Below, piece after piece: positions 22,313 to 34,334 of a stretch of 51,173 bases of DNA; position 1 is the stretch's first letter; every line of letters begins with the position of its first letter. Position numbers and translations under genes: made by a program. Below the pieces are notes generated by a model that did not search any database, was not told the origin of the DNA, and worked only from the letters and a program-made list of their open reading frames with translations. The stretch is from Chiloscyllium plagiosum (lineage: Eukaryota). The stretch covers positions 27,852,156-27,903,328 of the forward strand of contig NC_057748.1 of NCBI RefSeq assembly GCF_004010195.1, in the 5' to 3' direction.

Positions 22313-23194
22313 AAAAATCACACAACACCAGGTTATAGTCCAACAGGTTTAATTGGAAGCACTAGCTTTCGGAGCGCTGCTCCTTCATCAGGTGATAGTG
22401 GAGGACACAATTCTAAGGCACAGAATTTATAGCAGTGTGATGTAACTGAAATTATACATTGAAAAATACCTTGATTGTCTGTTGAATCTTTCATCTGTCC
22501 GAATATCATGACTTCTTTCATGTGTAAATCTCAAAACCTTTTTAAAAAGTTGCTGTAACAATGGGCATTAGCTAGACAATATGTTGAAGGTGTTGGCCCC
22601 CTGTGTTCTCTGTCTATGCCATGATGTTTAGATAGATTCTAACCTAAAAAGTGAGAAAACAGAGTTTTACATGAATCCATGCAGTTTTTGAGCTCAGAGT
22701 TTTAATGAATTCATGCAGTTTTTGAGCAAAGTACAATCTAACTCTGCAAGTACAAATTCACCCCACAAAATATAGGTGTGCATGTGGGTCTTTGTCTGTG
22801 TGTGCCTGTCTGGGGTGGGGAGTTGTGAGTGTCTGTGAGAGAGAGTGTATATGTGTGTGCATGAGTGTAGAGTGGTCTAAGTCTCTGAGAGGATGCCTGT
22901 GTGAGTGTGGGTGTGTGTGTGTCTGTCAGGGTGTGTGTGAGTGTCTGTGTGCGTGTCTGTGTATATGTGTGTCCGTGTGTATGTGTATGTATAGGAGTGC
23001 CTGTGTGTGTACTTGCAGAGTTACATCGTACTTTGCTCAAAAACTGTATGGATTCATGTAAAACTCTGTTTTCTCACTTTTTAGATTAGAATCAATCTAA
23101 ACATCATGGCATAGACAGAAAACACAGGGGGCTAACACCTTCAGCATATTGTCTAGCTAATGCCCATTGTTTACAGCAACTTTTAAAAAAGGTT
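22313..23194 (-). mobile_element. Second Penelope-like repeat family with an internal inverted duplication
   Basis: Hammerhead-bearing terminus; homologous to 8645-8920 (+), 19895-20050 and 27690-27815; inverted arms about 22535-22755 and 23008-23194. Confidence 0.5.
22360..22394 (-). ncRNA. Minimal hammerhead ribozyme motif, second family
   Basis: CAC-CUGAUGA-A-GGAGC-AGC-GCUCC-GAAA-GC-UA-GUG: stem I CAC/GUG, 5-bp stem II, palindromic AGCU helix III. Confidence 0.65.
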
Positions 23195-23694
23195 NNNNNN
23201 NNNNNNNNNNNNNNNNNNNNNNNNNNNNNNNNNNNNNNNNNNNNNNNNNNNNNNNNNNNNNNNNNNNNNNNNNNNNNNNNNNNNNNNNNNNNNNNNNNNN
23301 NNNNNNNNNNNNNNNNNNNNNNNNNNNNNNNNNNNNNNNNNNNNNNNNNNNNNNNNNNNNNNNNNNNNNNNNNNNNNNNNNNNNNNNNNNNNNNNNNNNN
23401 NNNNNNNNNNNNNNNNNNNNNNNNNNNNNNNNNNNNNNNNNNNNNNNNNNNNNNNNNNNNNNNNNNNNNNNNNNNNNNNNNNNNNNNNNNNNNNNNNNNN
23501 NNNNNNNNNNNNNNNNNNNNNNNNNNNNNNNNNNNNNNNNNNNNNNNNNNNNNNNNNNNNNNNNNNNNNNNNNNNNNNNNNNNNNNNNNNNNNNNNNNNN
23601 NNNNNNNNNNNNNNNNNNNNNNNNNNNNNNNNNNNNNNNNNNNNNNNNNNNNNNNNNNNNNNNNNNNNNNNNNNNNNNNNNNNNNNNNNNNNNN
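23195..23694. other. Assembly gap of exactly 500 N (likely placeholder size)
   Basis: Exactly 500 N, as is 43695-44194; other gaps have irregular sizes. Confidence 0.85.
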
Positions 23695-23915
23695 AATAAA
23701 CCTCTATCAGGTCACCCCTCAACCTCCTACGCTCTCGTGAAAAATGCCCCAGACTATCCAGCCTCTCCTTAAATCTCAAACCCTCCGTACCCGGCAACAT
23801 CCCGGTAAATCTCTTCTGGACCCTCTCCAGTTTAATAATCTCCTCCCTGTAACAGGGTGACCAGAACTGGATACAGTTCTCCAGACGAGGCCTCGCCAAT
23901 GTCCTGTACAACTCC
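23695..23915 (-). mobile_element. CR1-like LINE fragment
   Basis: LYRTLARPRLENCIQFWSP...RRRLRGDLIEVY. Confidence 0.85.
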
Positions 23916-24134
23916 AGGTGTGTAAGACCGTGAGGCCTGGTCCATCTAGGAGAAAGTGAGGACTGCAGATGCCGGAGATCAGAGTCGAGAGTGTGGTGCT
24001 GGACAAGCACAGCAAGTCAGGCAGCATCCGAGAAGCAGGAAAATCGACGCTTCAGGCATAAGCCTGGTCCGTCCCCCAACTCGTGAAGCCCGGTAGGAAA
24101 TGTCTTGAGGCCTGATCAGAGTACAACTTCCAGA

Positions 24135-24740
24135 ACCTGTGGCCTGGTATTCATTGTGCCACCCATGGCCTTTTTCAGATTTCATCACTCAGATATTGGG
24201 GCCCAGTTCCAGAGCATCTCCTGATGGCCTGGTTTTGGATTGTCACTCAGGCCCTGTGGCCTGGTTCCTGACACCTGGGACCTGGTTCTGGATTATCTCT
24301 GGGGCCATGTGGCTTGATTTTGGCCTGCTTCCTGGGGCCTGGGACCTGGTTCAGGATTGTCTCTGAGGCCATATGGCCTGGTCTTGCCCTGTTTTCCAGA
24401 GCCTGGGGCCAGTTCCAGGTTTGTCTCTGGGGCCCTGTGGCCTGGTCATGCCCTGTTTCCTGGGACCTGGGGCTTGGTTCAGGATTGTCTTGGGCCCCGT
24501 GACCTGATCTTGCCCTCTTTCTCGGAGCCTGGGGCCTGGTCAGGGTTTGTCTCTGGGGCTCTGTGGCCTGGTTTTGGCCTGTTTCCTGGGGTCTTGGGGC
24601 CTGGTTTGGGATTGACTCTGGGGCTTGGTCTTGCCCTGTTTCCCGGAGGCTGGCACCTGGTTCGGGATTGGTTCTGAGGCCCTGGGGCCTGGTCTTGCCC
24701 TGTTTCCCGGAGCCTGGGGCCAGGTCCGGGTTTGTCTCTG
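24135..24740. repeat. Degenerate about 55-60-bp repeat (GGGGCCTGGTTCAGGATTGTCTCTGGGGCCCTGTGGCCTGG...)
   Basis: About 10 diverged units directly after PAQR6 exon 4. Confidence 0.8.
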
Positions 24741-24760
24741 ATGCTCCATGTCGTACCTAC

Positions 24761-24887
24761 CTGGAATAGCAGGAGAGGGTCGTGCAGACCAAGGAGTTGA
24801 AGACAGCCACGTGGGTGAAGTAGCAGTGGAGGGTGCTATTAATCCACCGGTCAGGTATGATGTAGGCCCTGTACGAGACAGCACACC
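24761..24887 (-). CDS. PAQR6: PAQR6 coding exon 4 (CAVSYRAYIIPDRWINSTLHCYFTHVAVFNSLVCTTLSCYSR)
   Basis: Not in the ORF track; read manually. Matches the PAQR5/6 segment CAxxY.AY..P..W....LH..F...A..NS..CT.LSCYSR; acceptor TTGCAG|, donor AG|GTAGGT; 127 nt. Confidence 0.9.
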
Positions 24888-25629
24888 CTGCAATGGACAA
24901 ACCAGGATCAGCATCGGGATCCAAACCAGCAACCCCCTCACGTTCCCTGTGGCACAGCAGAGACTGGGACTGAAGCCTGGGCCTTTCCTCGCTCTCTGCC
25001 TCTGACTGGGCCCCACAACGTTAGGCCCCTCAGCGTGGCTTCCCACAATCCCACTCTCAGCAACTCAGTCAGTGACTCCTCCACTTAAACCGAACGGCCG
25101 CTCACTTCCTGCTCCTTAGAGGGTTGTTGTCCGTGTGACTTTGCGGGGAAGGACAAGGGCAGCGGTGTGTCCACTGGAACATTAATTCTGCGCTGAGTAA
25201 CAAAGCAGTGAATCCGTTCTTTATTCCCACAGACAATGCCTCTGCCTGTCTGTCTCCCGCACTCCCACTCATACAGGGCTGGCTGATACACTCTGCCCAT
25301 CACAACGAGCGAGCCAGAGAGCTCCCTGATCCTTTGCTGGTACCACTCACTGGCAAATGCAGACGTGGGACTGGGCAGGAGTGGGGAAAAGAGAGAGCGA
25401 GAGAGAGAGAGAGAGCGAGAGCGGGAGTGAGAAAGAGAGAAATAGAGACAGCGAGCGAGAGGGAGAGGGAGTGTCTATAGGTCACGTTCCAGCTCCTGGA
25501 GTTTTATCGCTCCACCACAGTTCTCCATGCTTCTGTCTCCTTCACCCGCTTTCCCCACCCCCACCCATCCCCTTTATATCTCTCATTCTTCCTCCCCTCT
25601 CCCCCCCCTTTGCCTGGCTCCCTCTTCTC

Positions 25630-26592
25630 TCATCCATCTCCCTCCATCCCCATCTCTCTCTCCCTCCCCAATGTCCTCTCATCCATCTCCCTCCATCCCC
25701 ATCTCTCTCTCCCTCCCCAATGTCCTCTCATCCATCTCCCTCCATCCCCATCTCTCTCTCCCTCCCCAATGTCCTCTCATCCATCTCCCTCCATCCCCAT
25801 CTCTCTCTCCCTCCCCAATGTCCTCTCATCCATCTCCCTCCATCCCCATCTCTCTCTCCCTCCCCAATGTCCTCTCATCCATCTCCCTCCATCCCCATCT
25901 CTCTCTCCCTCCCCAATGTCCTCTCATCCATCTCCCTCCATCCCCATCTCTCTCTCCCTCCCCAATGTCCTCTCATCCATCTCCCTCCATCCCCATCTCT
26001 CTCTCCCTCCCCAATGTCCTCTCATCCATCTCCCTCCATCCCCATCTCTCTCTCCCTCCCCAATGTCCTCTCATCCATCTCCCTCCATCCCCATCTCTCT
26101 CTCCCTCCCCAATGTCCTCTCATCCATCTCCCTCCATCCCCATCTCTCTCTCCCTCCCCAATGTCCTCTCATCCATCTCCCTCCATCCCCATCTCTCTCT
26201 CCCTCCCCAATGTCCTCTCATCCATCTCCCTCCATCCCCATCTCTCTCTCCCTCCCCAATGTCCTCTCATCCATCTCCCTCCATCCCCATCTCTCTCTCC
26301 CTCCCCAATGTCCTCTCATCCATCTCCCTCCATCCCCATCTCTCTCTCCCTCCCCAATGTCCTCTCATCCATCTCCCTCCATCCCCATCTCTCTCTCCCT
26401 CCCCAATGTCCTCTCATCCATCTCCCTCCATCCCCATCTCTCTCTCCCTCCCCAATGTCCTCTCATCCATCTCCCTCCATCCCCATCTCTCTCTCCCTCC
26501 CCAATGTCCTCTCATCCATCTCCCTCCATCCCCATCTCTCTCTCCCTCCCCAATGTCCTCTCATCCATCTCCCTCCATCCCCATCTCTCTCC
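25630..26592. repeat. Perfect 49-bp VNTR (TCATCCATCTCCCTCCATCCCCATCTCTCTCTCCCTCCCCAATGTCCTC)
   Basis: About 19-20 identical units; gives Pro/Ser-rich ORFs in all three + frames. Confidence 0.97.
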
Positions 26593-26609
26593 CCATCTCA
26601 CTCTCAGCG

Positions 26610-27135
26610 TCTTACAGCACTAAAACAGACCCTTCGCTCCAAACAGTCCATGCTGAACATAATCCCCAAATACACTAGTCCCACCTGCTTGCTCCTGGGC
26701 CATGTTTTTCATAACCTGTCCTCTTCATGCACTTATCCAAATGTCTTTTAAATGTTGTAACTCTACCTGTATCCATCACTTCCTCAGGAATGTCATTCCA
26801 CACTCGAACCACTCTGTGTAAAAACACTTGGCTCTCCTGTCTTTTTTTTTTTAAATCTCTCCCCTCTCACCTTAAAAATGTACCTTCTGTTCTTTAGATC
26901 CCCCACCCTAGAGAAACGACATCTGCCATTTACCGAATCTACACCCGTCATGACTTTATGAACTTTCTAGAAGGTCACCCCTCAGCCTCCCATGCTCCAG
27001 TGAAACATGTCCCAGCCTCTCTTTATGAGTCAAATCCTCCATTCTCCGCAACACCCTGATAGATCTCTTCTGAACCCTCTCCACTTAATAATATCCTTTC
27101 TATAGCAGGATGACCAGATCAGAACAATTCTCCTC
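26610..27135 (-). mobile_element. CR1-like LINE 3' fragment
   Basis: Reverse complement of the CR1 3' end seen elsewhere in the window. Confidence 0.8.
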
Positions 27136-27341
27136 ATCTGTCTCCCCATCCGTCCCTCCCTTCCACCTTTCCCCAACTTATCGCCTCTGAAGAATAGACG
27201 AGAGGGAAGGGAGACGCAGATGGGGTAACAGAGGGAGGCTGAGGTGGTAGATTGGGGGGGGAGATGGGGGAGATGGGAGGGAGAAGAGGGAAGGCTGATA
27301 CAAATGGGGACATGGGGACACAAGGGGGTGGTCTCCCTAAC

Positions 27342-27680
27342 AATGTCATGTTGAGGCTGTAACAGGACATTGGTTAGGTCACTGGAGAACTGTGTCCAGC
27401 TCTGGTCGTGTTGTTACAGGAAGGATATTATTAAGCTGGACAGGGTTCAGAAGAGATCCACCAGGATGTTGCTGGGAATGGAGGGCTTGACTTATACGGA
27501 AAAGTTGAAACTTTTTTCACTGGAGTGTAGGAGGTTGAGAAGTGTCCTTACAGAGGTTTATGTAGAGGTGAATAGAGGTATATTTTCCACAGAATAGGGG
27601 ATTTCAAGATTATTTTTAAATAGAAAGGAGAAAGATTTAAAAAGGACATGAGGGGCAATTAATGTTTTGCACAGAGGATG
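27342..27680 (+). mobile_element. CR1-like LINE fragment
   Basis: VRSLENCVQLWSCCYRKDIIKLDRVQKR. Confidence 0.8.
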
Positions 27681-27782
27681 TATTATTTAAGATGATTTGG
27701 AGATGCCAGTGTTGGACTGGGGTGGACAAAATTAAAAATCACACAACACCAGGTTATAGTCCAACAGGTTTAATTGGAAGCA

Positions 27783-27815
27783 CACTAGCTTTCGGAGTGA
27801 CGCTCCTTCATCAGG
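27783..27815 (-). ncRNA. Hammerhead motif, second family (slightly diverged)
   Basis: CUGAUGA-A-GGAG-CGUCA-CUCC-GAAA-GC-UA-GUG. Confidence 0.5.
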
Positions 27816-27888
27816 GGATATTTAAGATGGAGATAGATAGGTTCTTGAGTAGGAAGGGCATCGAGGGTTACAGGGAGAAAGCATGACA

Positions 27889-28235
27889 TTAGATTAGATT
27901 ACTTACAGTGTGGAAACAGGCCCTTCGGCCCAACAAGTCCACACCGACCCGCCGAAGCGCGACCCACCCAGACCCGTTCCCCTACATTTACCCCTTCACC
28001 TAACACTACGGGCAATCCCCTACATTTACCCCTTCACCTAACACTACGGGCAATTTAGCACGGCCAATTCACCCTAACCTGCACATTCTTGGACTGTGGG
28101 AGGAAACCGGAGCACCCGGAGGAAACCCACGCAGACACGGGGAGAATGTGCAAGCTCCACACAGACAGTCGCCTGAGGCGGGAATTGAACCCAGGTCTCT
28201 GGCGCTGTGAGGCAGCAGTGCTAACCACCATGCCG
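27889..28235 (-). mobile_element. HE1-like V-SINE
   Basis: Homologous to 9068-9395; TTAGA tail. Confidence 0.9.
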
Positions 28236-28685
28236 TTCATAAAGTGAGAGTGGGGGGGGGGGGTTGAGTAACCTATCAGCCATGATTGAATGGCGGAGCA
28301 GATTGGATGGGCCGAATGGCCTAATTTCTGCTCCTACCTCTTTCAGAGGATGGGGGCAGAGTTACAAAAGTTAAAAGACATTGGGATGAGTACATGAACA
28401 GGGAAGGTTTGGAGGGATATGGGTTCGGGGCAGGCAGGTGGGACTAGTTCAGCTTGGGACGATGGACTGGCTGGGTCAAAGACTCTGTTTCTGTGCTGTC
28501 TAATGCTCTCTCCATCTTCCTCTGAGTGTGTCGCCCAACAAACCCGCCCCCCCCCCACCCACCCAGTCACAGCACCCCCCCCCCCCCACTGGCTAGAAGC
28601 ACCAAGCTTAACAACAAACGGCCTCCTGCAGTGAGGCTTGGGATACGGCCGGGCAGATGGCGGGAGTGAGGGAGAGTGACCGTAC

Positions 28686-28891
28686 CCAGGCTGTAGAGGC
28701 TGAGGGCTCCATAGTCGAGGAAGTAGCAGACATGGCGGATGTGCGCGGACATGGTGCTGAAGGTGTGGGCACAGCTGGAAATGAAGGGGTACAGGCAGAT
28801 GACCAACATGTAGACAAACAGCGGCCAGGCGTACGCCTCGTTGTAGAAGTCCACAGAGTGCGAGAGGGCCAGGAACCTCCACAGAAAGTAC
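28686..28891 (-). CDS. PAQR6: PAQR6 coding exon 3 (YFLWRFL...SSCAHTFS...YFLDYGALSLYSLG)
   Basis: PAQR SxxAHTF and LDY motifs; 206 nt; phases consistent with exons 2 and 4. Confidence 0.93.
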
Positions 28892-29631
28892 CTGCAGCAC
28901 ACCAGGGAGAGAACCGTCAGGGGCCGGCTACGCAGCGCTAACCGCCATCGCCAGTGATCTCCCAAAGGTGCCATCCCCGGTCAACGGCGCCAGTACTTCA
29001 GAAAGAAAGCAGGGCTCAACCACTCTGGCAGGGAAGATCACTGGGCTAGTAATCCACAACTCCCTCACCCACCCAACCCCTCCCCCTTCCCCACAACAAG
29101 CTCTCGGTTCAAATCCCACCACTGCCATATTCTAAAATAGAATGGTAGGGAGGCGATGGCCATAAAACGTAGGAGGAGAAATTAGGCCATTCAGCCCATC
29201 GAATCTGTTCCACCGTTCAATGATAAGTTTCTCAACCACATTCTCCTGCTTTCTCCCCATAACCCATGATCTGTAAGAACTTATTTATGTCTGTCTTCAA
29301 TATCCTCAATGACCAGGCCTCCCCAGCCTTCTGTGGCAGTGAATCCCATAAATTCCCCACTCTCTGGCTGAAGACGTTTCTCCTTAGCTCTGTTCTAAAA
29401 GGCCTTCCCTTTACACTGAGGCAGACATCTTCCCAACATCCACTCTGTCCAGGCCATTCAGAATTCCATATATATCAACTAAATCTCCCTCATCCTTCTA
29501 ACCATCATCAAATATGGACCTGCAGTCCTCAAACATTCCTCATATGTTAAGCTTCTCATTCCTGGGACCATTCTTATGAACCTCTTCTGAACATGTTCAA
29601 GGGCCAGTACATCCTTCCTGAGATATGAGTG

Positions 29632-29932
29632 GATTAGATTAGATTCCCTACAGTGTGGAAACAGGCCCTTGGGCCCAACAAGTCCACACTCACCCTCCGA
29701 AGAGTAACCCACCCAGATCCATTCCCCCTAACTAATGCACCTAACTCTATGGGGCAACTTAGCACGGCCAATTCACCCTAACCTGCACATCTTTTGGACT
29801 GTGGGAGGAAACCCACGCAGACACGGGGAGAATGTGCAAACTCCACACAGACAGTCACCCGAGTGTGGAATCGAACCTGGGACCCTGGCAGTGTAAGGCA
29901 GCAGTGCTAACCACTGAGCCACTATGCTGCCC
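29632..29932 (-). mobile_element. HE1-like V-SINE
   Basis: Homologous to 9068-9395. Confidence 0.88.
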
Positions 29933-30584
29933 CTTTAGGGAGGGAAACTGCCCTTACCTTAGTCAGGTGACTCCAGCCCACAGCAATGTGGCAATTAGGG
30001 ATGGGCAATAAATTCTGATCCTAGCCAGTGATGCCCTCATCCCGTGACTGAATAAAATTTGTTTAAAAATCCTAACGGAACTTAGACGCACAAAATCGAC
30101 CAAATCCGGGAATTGGAAGGAATTCTCTGTGATGGGGGAGTCACTGATTGTTGTAACAATCTATTCCCCCCACCCCATCGGGAGCACAGATTAGAGAAAT
30201 CTGCCGTCTGTGCCCAGTCTGAGGCTACACATGGCTCCACACCTCACCCAGAGCAAAGGCACTGACTTGGCCCCAGTTCATTGAGGTAAGAGTCATCGTG
30301 TCTTGCAGCACAGAAAGAGGCCACTCAGCCCATTATGTCCCAAGCAGTTCTCCATGCTATCCCATTCCCCCTCCCCAATGTCTTTCAGGGCATGGGTTCC
30401 GAGTTCCCACCAGCCTCTTGATGGTGATATGTCCCCTCAAAGTCTTCTGTGCCCCATGGGTTACTGACCCCCCTCGACTGAAAGGGGGAAGAGATTCTCC
30501 CAGTCTATGCCCCTCGGAGGGCTGCATCCCTCTATCAGGTCCCCACTTGGGCTTCCCCATTCTCAGGAAAACAACCCCAGCTGA

Positions 30585-31485
30585 GTGCGACGCGCAGTTC
30601 TGATCGCCTTATTATAGCAGGGACGTTATTAAACTGGAGAGGGCTCAGAAGAGATTTCCCAGGCTATAGCCGGGGAGTGGAGGTTTTGAGTTATGGGGAC
30701 AGGCTGGGAATTTCTTTCACTGGAGTGTGGGAGGTTGAGAGGCGGCCTGACAGAAGTATATAAAATAATGAGAGATACCGATAGAGTAAATGGCAGTTGT
30801 CTTTTCCCTAGTTTCAAGATTAGGGGGCACATTTTTAAGGTGAGAGGAGAGAGGTTTTAATAAAGACGTAAGAGGCAGATGTTTTTATCCAGAGGGTGGT
30901 TCGTGTGTGAAATGAACTTTCGGAGGAAGTGGTGGATGTAGGTGCAGTTGAGAAAACATTTGGATAAGTACATGGGAAAAGTTTGGAGAGGATATGGACC
31001 AGGATCAGGCAGGTGGGAACAGGTTTAGATTGGGATTGTGGTCGGGATGGGCTGGTTGGAACGAAGGGTCGGTTTCTGTGCTGTATGACTCGACCCCAAC
31101 TGTAACCTCACTCACGTTACACGCAGCTCCATATTGCCCTGCCCTTGTACATAGTAAGCTGGCGTCACAGGTGAGGACGGCGTATGGCATGCTTGCCTTC
31201 ATAGGTCAGAGCATGGAGTACAGGAGTTGGCAGGTCATGTTGCAGCTGTACAAGACATTGGTGAGGTCACATTTGGAGTACTGCGTGCAGGTCTGCTATA
31301 GGAAGGGTGTTATTAAAACTGCAAAGGGTGCAACAAAGAATTTACCAGAACTTTACCGAGACTGGAGGGGTTGAGTTATAAGGATAGGCCAGATAGGAAT
31401 GGAACTTTTATTAACTGGAGTGCAAAACGCTGAGGGGTGACCTTACAGGGGTTTAGAAAATCACTGGGGGGGTATGGATAGGATG
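30585..31485 (+). mobile_element. Two CR1-like LINE fragments
   Basis: 3' end with UTR (to about 31090), then AYGMLAFIGQSMEYRSWQVMLQLYKTLVRSHLEYC. Confidence 0.8.
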
Positions 31486-31611
31486 ACGAGACAAGATCTT
31501 TGATCATTTTAGATGTATACCCAATTCCTTATTCAAAACATTCAATGTTCCGGCCCCCGAGTGCTTTCCCAGACTCCCCACTCTCTAGGGGAAGACATTT
31601 CTCTCCATCTC

Positions 31612-31858
31612 ACATGGTGGCTCGGTGGTTAGCATGGTTGCCTCACAGCACCAGGGACCCGGATTCGATTCCAGCCTCGGGTGAGTTTGCACATTCTCCC
31701 CGTGCCTGCGTGGGTTTCCTCCGGGTGCTCCCACAATCCAAAGATGTGCAGGTTAGGGTGGATTGGCCGTGCTAAATTGCCCAGGGATGTTAGTTAGAGG
31801 TAAATATAGAGTAATAAGTTCGGGGAATGGGTCTGGGTGGGTTACTCTTCGGTGTGGA
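31612..31858 (+). mobile_element. HE1-like V-SINE (partial)
   Basis: tRNA-like head plus V-domain. Confidence 0.8.
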
Positions 31859-32139
31859 CGATCTCCTTTAGACTGTGAGCCCCTGAAGCTGGTCTCGCCC
31901 ACCATCAGGAACATCCTCCCTGTTAGAGGTTTACAGCTTTCTAATGAGGTGTCTCACCCCCTTGTTCTTCTGAATTCTGGCGAACACAGTCTGAACGATT
32001 CTGTTCACCCTGCTGTAGGAAGGACGTTATTAAACTGCATAGGGTGCAAAACACGGGTTTACGAGGATGTTACCAAGGTTGGAGAGTCTGGGACAGTTTT
32101 GTTCCTCCCTGGAGGGTTGGAGGCTGAGAGGTGACTCTG

Positions 32140-32320
32140 AGCTTCCAGCTGCCTGCCACTTTAACACTTTGCCCTATTCCAGGGCCAATATCTGTGTCTC
32201 AGGCCTGCTGCAGTATTCCAGGGAAGTTCAGTGCAAGCTGGAAGAACAGCACCTCATTTCCCACTTGGGAACGCCACAGCTTTCTGGACTCAATATCGAG
32301 TTCAACAATTGTAGGGCCTG
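32140..32320 (+). mobile_element. Penelope-like GIY-YIG endonuclease fragment
   Basis: LPAACHFNT...KLEEQHLISHLGTPQLSGLNIEFNN. Confidence 0.7.
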
Positions 32321-32623
32321 AACGCTCCCATGTACGTANNNNNNNNNNNNNNNNNNNNNNNNNNNNNNNNNNNNNNNNNNNNNNNNNNNNNNNNNNNNNN
32401 NNNNNNNNNNNNNNNNNNNNNNNNNNNNNNNNNNNNNNNNNNNNNNNNNNNNNNNNNNNNNNNNNNNNNNNNNNNNNNNNNNNNNNNNNNNNNNNNNNNN
32501 NNNNNNNNNNNNNNNNNNNNNNNNNNNNNNNNNNNNNNNNNNNNNNNNNNNNNNNNNNNNNNNNNNNNNNNNNNNNNNNNNNNNNNNNNNNNNNNNNNNN
32601 NNNNNNNNNNNNNNNNNNNNNNN

Positions 32624-33395
32624 GTGTGTATACGTGTTTGCCGGTGTGTGTACGTGTGTCTGTGTGTATCCCTGTGTGTATACGTGTGTCTGTGTCTATC
32701 CCAGTGTGTGTATGTGTGTCTGTGTGTATACATATTTGTGTGTGTGTGTGTCTATCCCAGTGTGTGTCCATGTGTCTGTGTCTATCCCAGTGCATGTACG
32801 TGTGTCTGTGTGTATCCCTGTGTGTGTACGTATGTCTGTGTCTATCCCAGTGTGTGTGTATGTGTGTCTGTGTCTATCCCAGTGTGTGTACGTATGTCNN
32901 NNNNNNNNNNNNNNNNNNNNNNNNNNNNNNNNNNNNNNNNNNNNNNNNNNNNNNNNNNNNNNNNNNNNNNNNNNNNNNNNNNNNNNNNNNNNNNNNNNNN
33001 NNNNNNNNNNNNNNNNNNNNNNNNNNNNNNNNNACATGTGCGTGTATGTCTGTGTGCATGTGTATGTACGTGGGTGTGTATGTATGTCTGTGTATATGNN
33101 NNNNNNNNNNNNNNNNNNNNNNNNNNNNNNNNNNNNNNNNNNNNNNNNNNNNNNNNNNNNNNNNNNNNNNNNNNNNNNNNNNNNNNNNNNNNNNNNNNNN
33201 NNNNNNNNNNNNNNNNNNNNNNNNNNNNNNNNNNNNNNNNNNNNNNNNNNNNNNNNNNNNNNNNNNNNNNNNNNNNNNNNNNTGTGTACGTGTGTACGTA
33301 CGTACATGTACACACATGTACACACATACATATTTACACATATACACATGTACACACACATGTAGACACACACACGTGCACACACACACTAACAC
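32624..33395. repeat. (TG)-rich composite microsatellite with gaps
   Basis: GTGTCTGTGTCTATCCCAGTGTGTG units. Confidence 0.85.
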
Positions 33396-34334
33396 ACCAG
33401 GCCTTGTTATCACAGTCTGTCATTTCACACTACCTATAATTAGCCACTAACAGTCTCCATTAACAGCTATTATAGAACATTACAGCGCAGTACAGGCCCT
33501 TCGGCCCTCAATGTTGCGTTGACCTGTGAAACCAAGCTGAAGCTAACCGACACTACTCCATTCTCTTCCAATGACCGTTTAAATGCCCCGAAAGTTGGTG
33601 AATCTACTACTGTTCCAGGCGGTACGTTCCTCGCCCCTACTACTGCTCTGAGTAAAGAAACTACCTCTGACATCTGTCCTATATCTATCACCCCCTCAAT
33701 TTAAAGATATATCCCCTTGTGCTGGCCATCACCGTCTGAGGAAAAAGGCTCTCCCTGTCCACCCTCTCTAACCCTCTGATTATCTTATACGTCTCAATTA
33801 AGTCTCCTCCCAACCTTCTTAGAGATGTATCATCTCTGGTTGACTCTCCAAGCCAGACCATTATCCAATCCTTTCTCTGTCCAACTGTTCTTCTCTCTGT
33901 CTTTGAGTTCCATCCCTATCTATTGTTTACTCCTTTCCCCCCCCCCCTTCCCGTCACCCTACCTTCTGCATAGAAATCAACTTCTGAGCTACCCTCAGTT
34001 CTGAGGAAGGGTCCGAAACGTTAAATCGAATTTCTCTCCCCAGACCTGCTGAGCTTTTCCGGCGCTTTCACGGTTTTGTTAAACATTTTGCAAGTCGGAT
34101 ACCAGAGCCGAGAGATGGTCAAAAAAATAAAACCCAAGTGGGGGAGGGAAAGGGACGGGGTTTTGAGCTTTAGAAATAAAAGCAGCTCAGGGCAGATCTG
34201 ATGGAGGCCTTTATAAACCCAGAATGGCTGCTCAATTCGGGAAAAATAACCTCAGGGCAGAGATTGGAGGCAAGGGGAAGGGGGTTGATTTAGGGAATAC
34301 GTATCTTACCCAGAGGAACTCGCATCCTGGAAGG

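Noticed and set aside
25357-26751. Long Pro/Ser/His-rich ORFs (464, 383, 337 aa)
   Set aside because: Translation of a stop-free 49-bp perfect repeat in all three frames, antisense within a PAQR6 intron.
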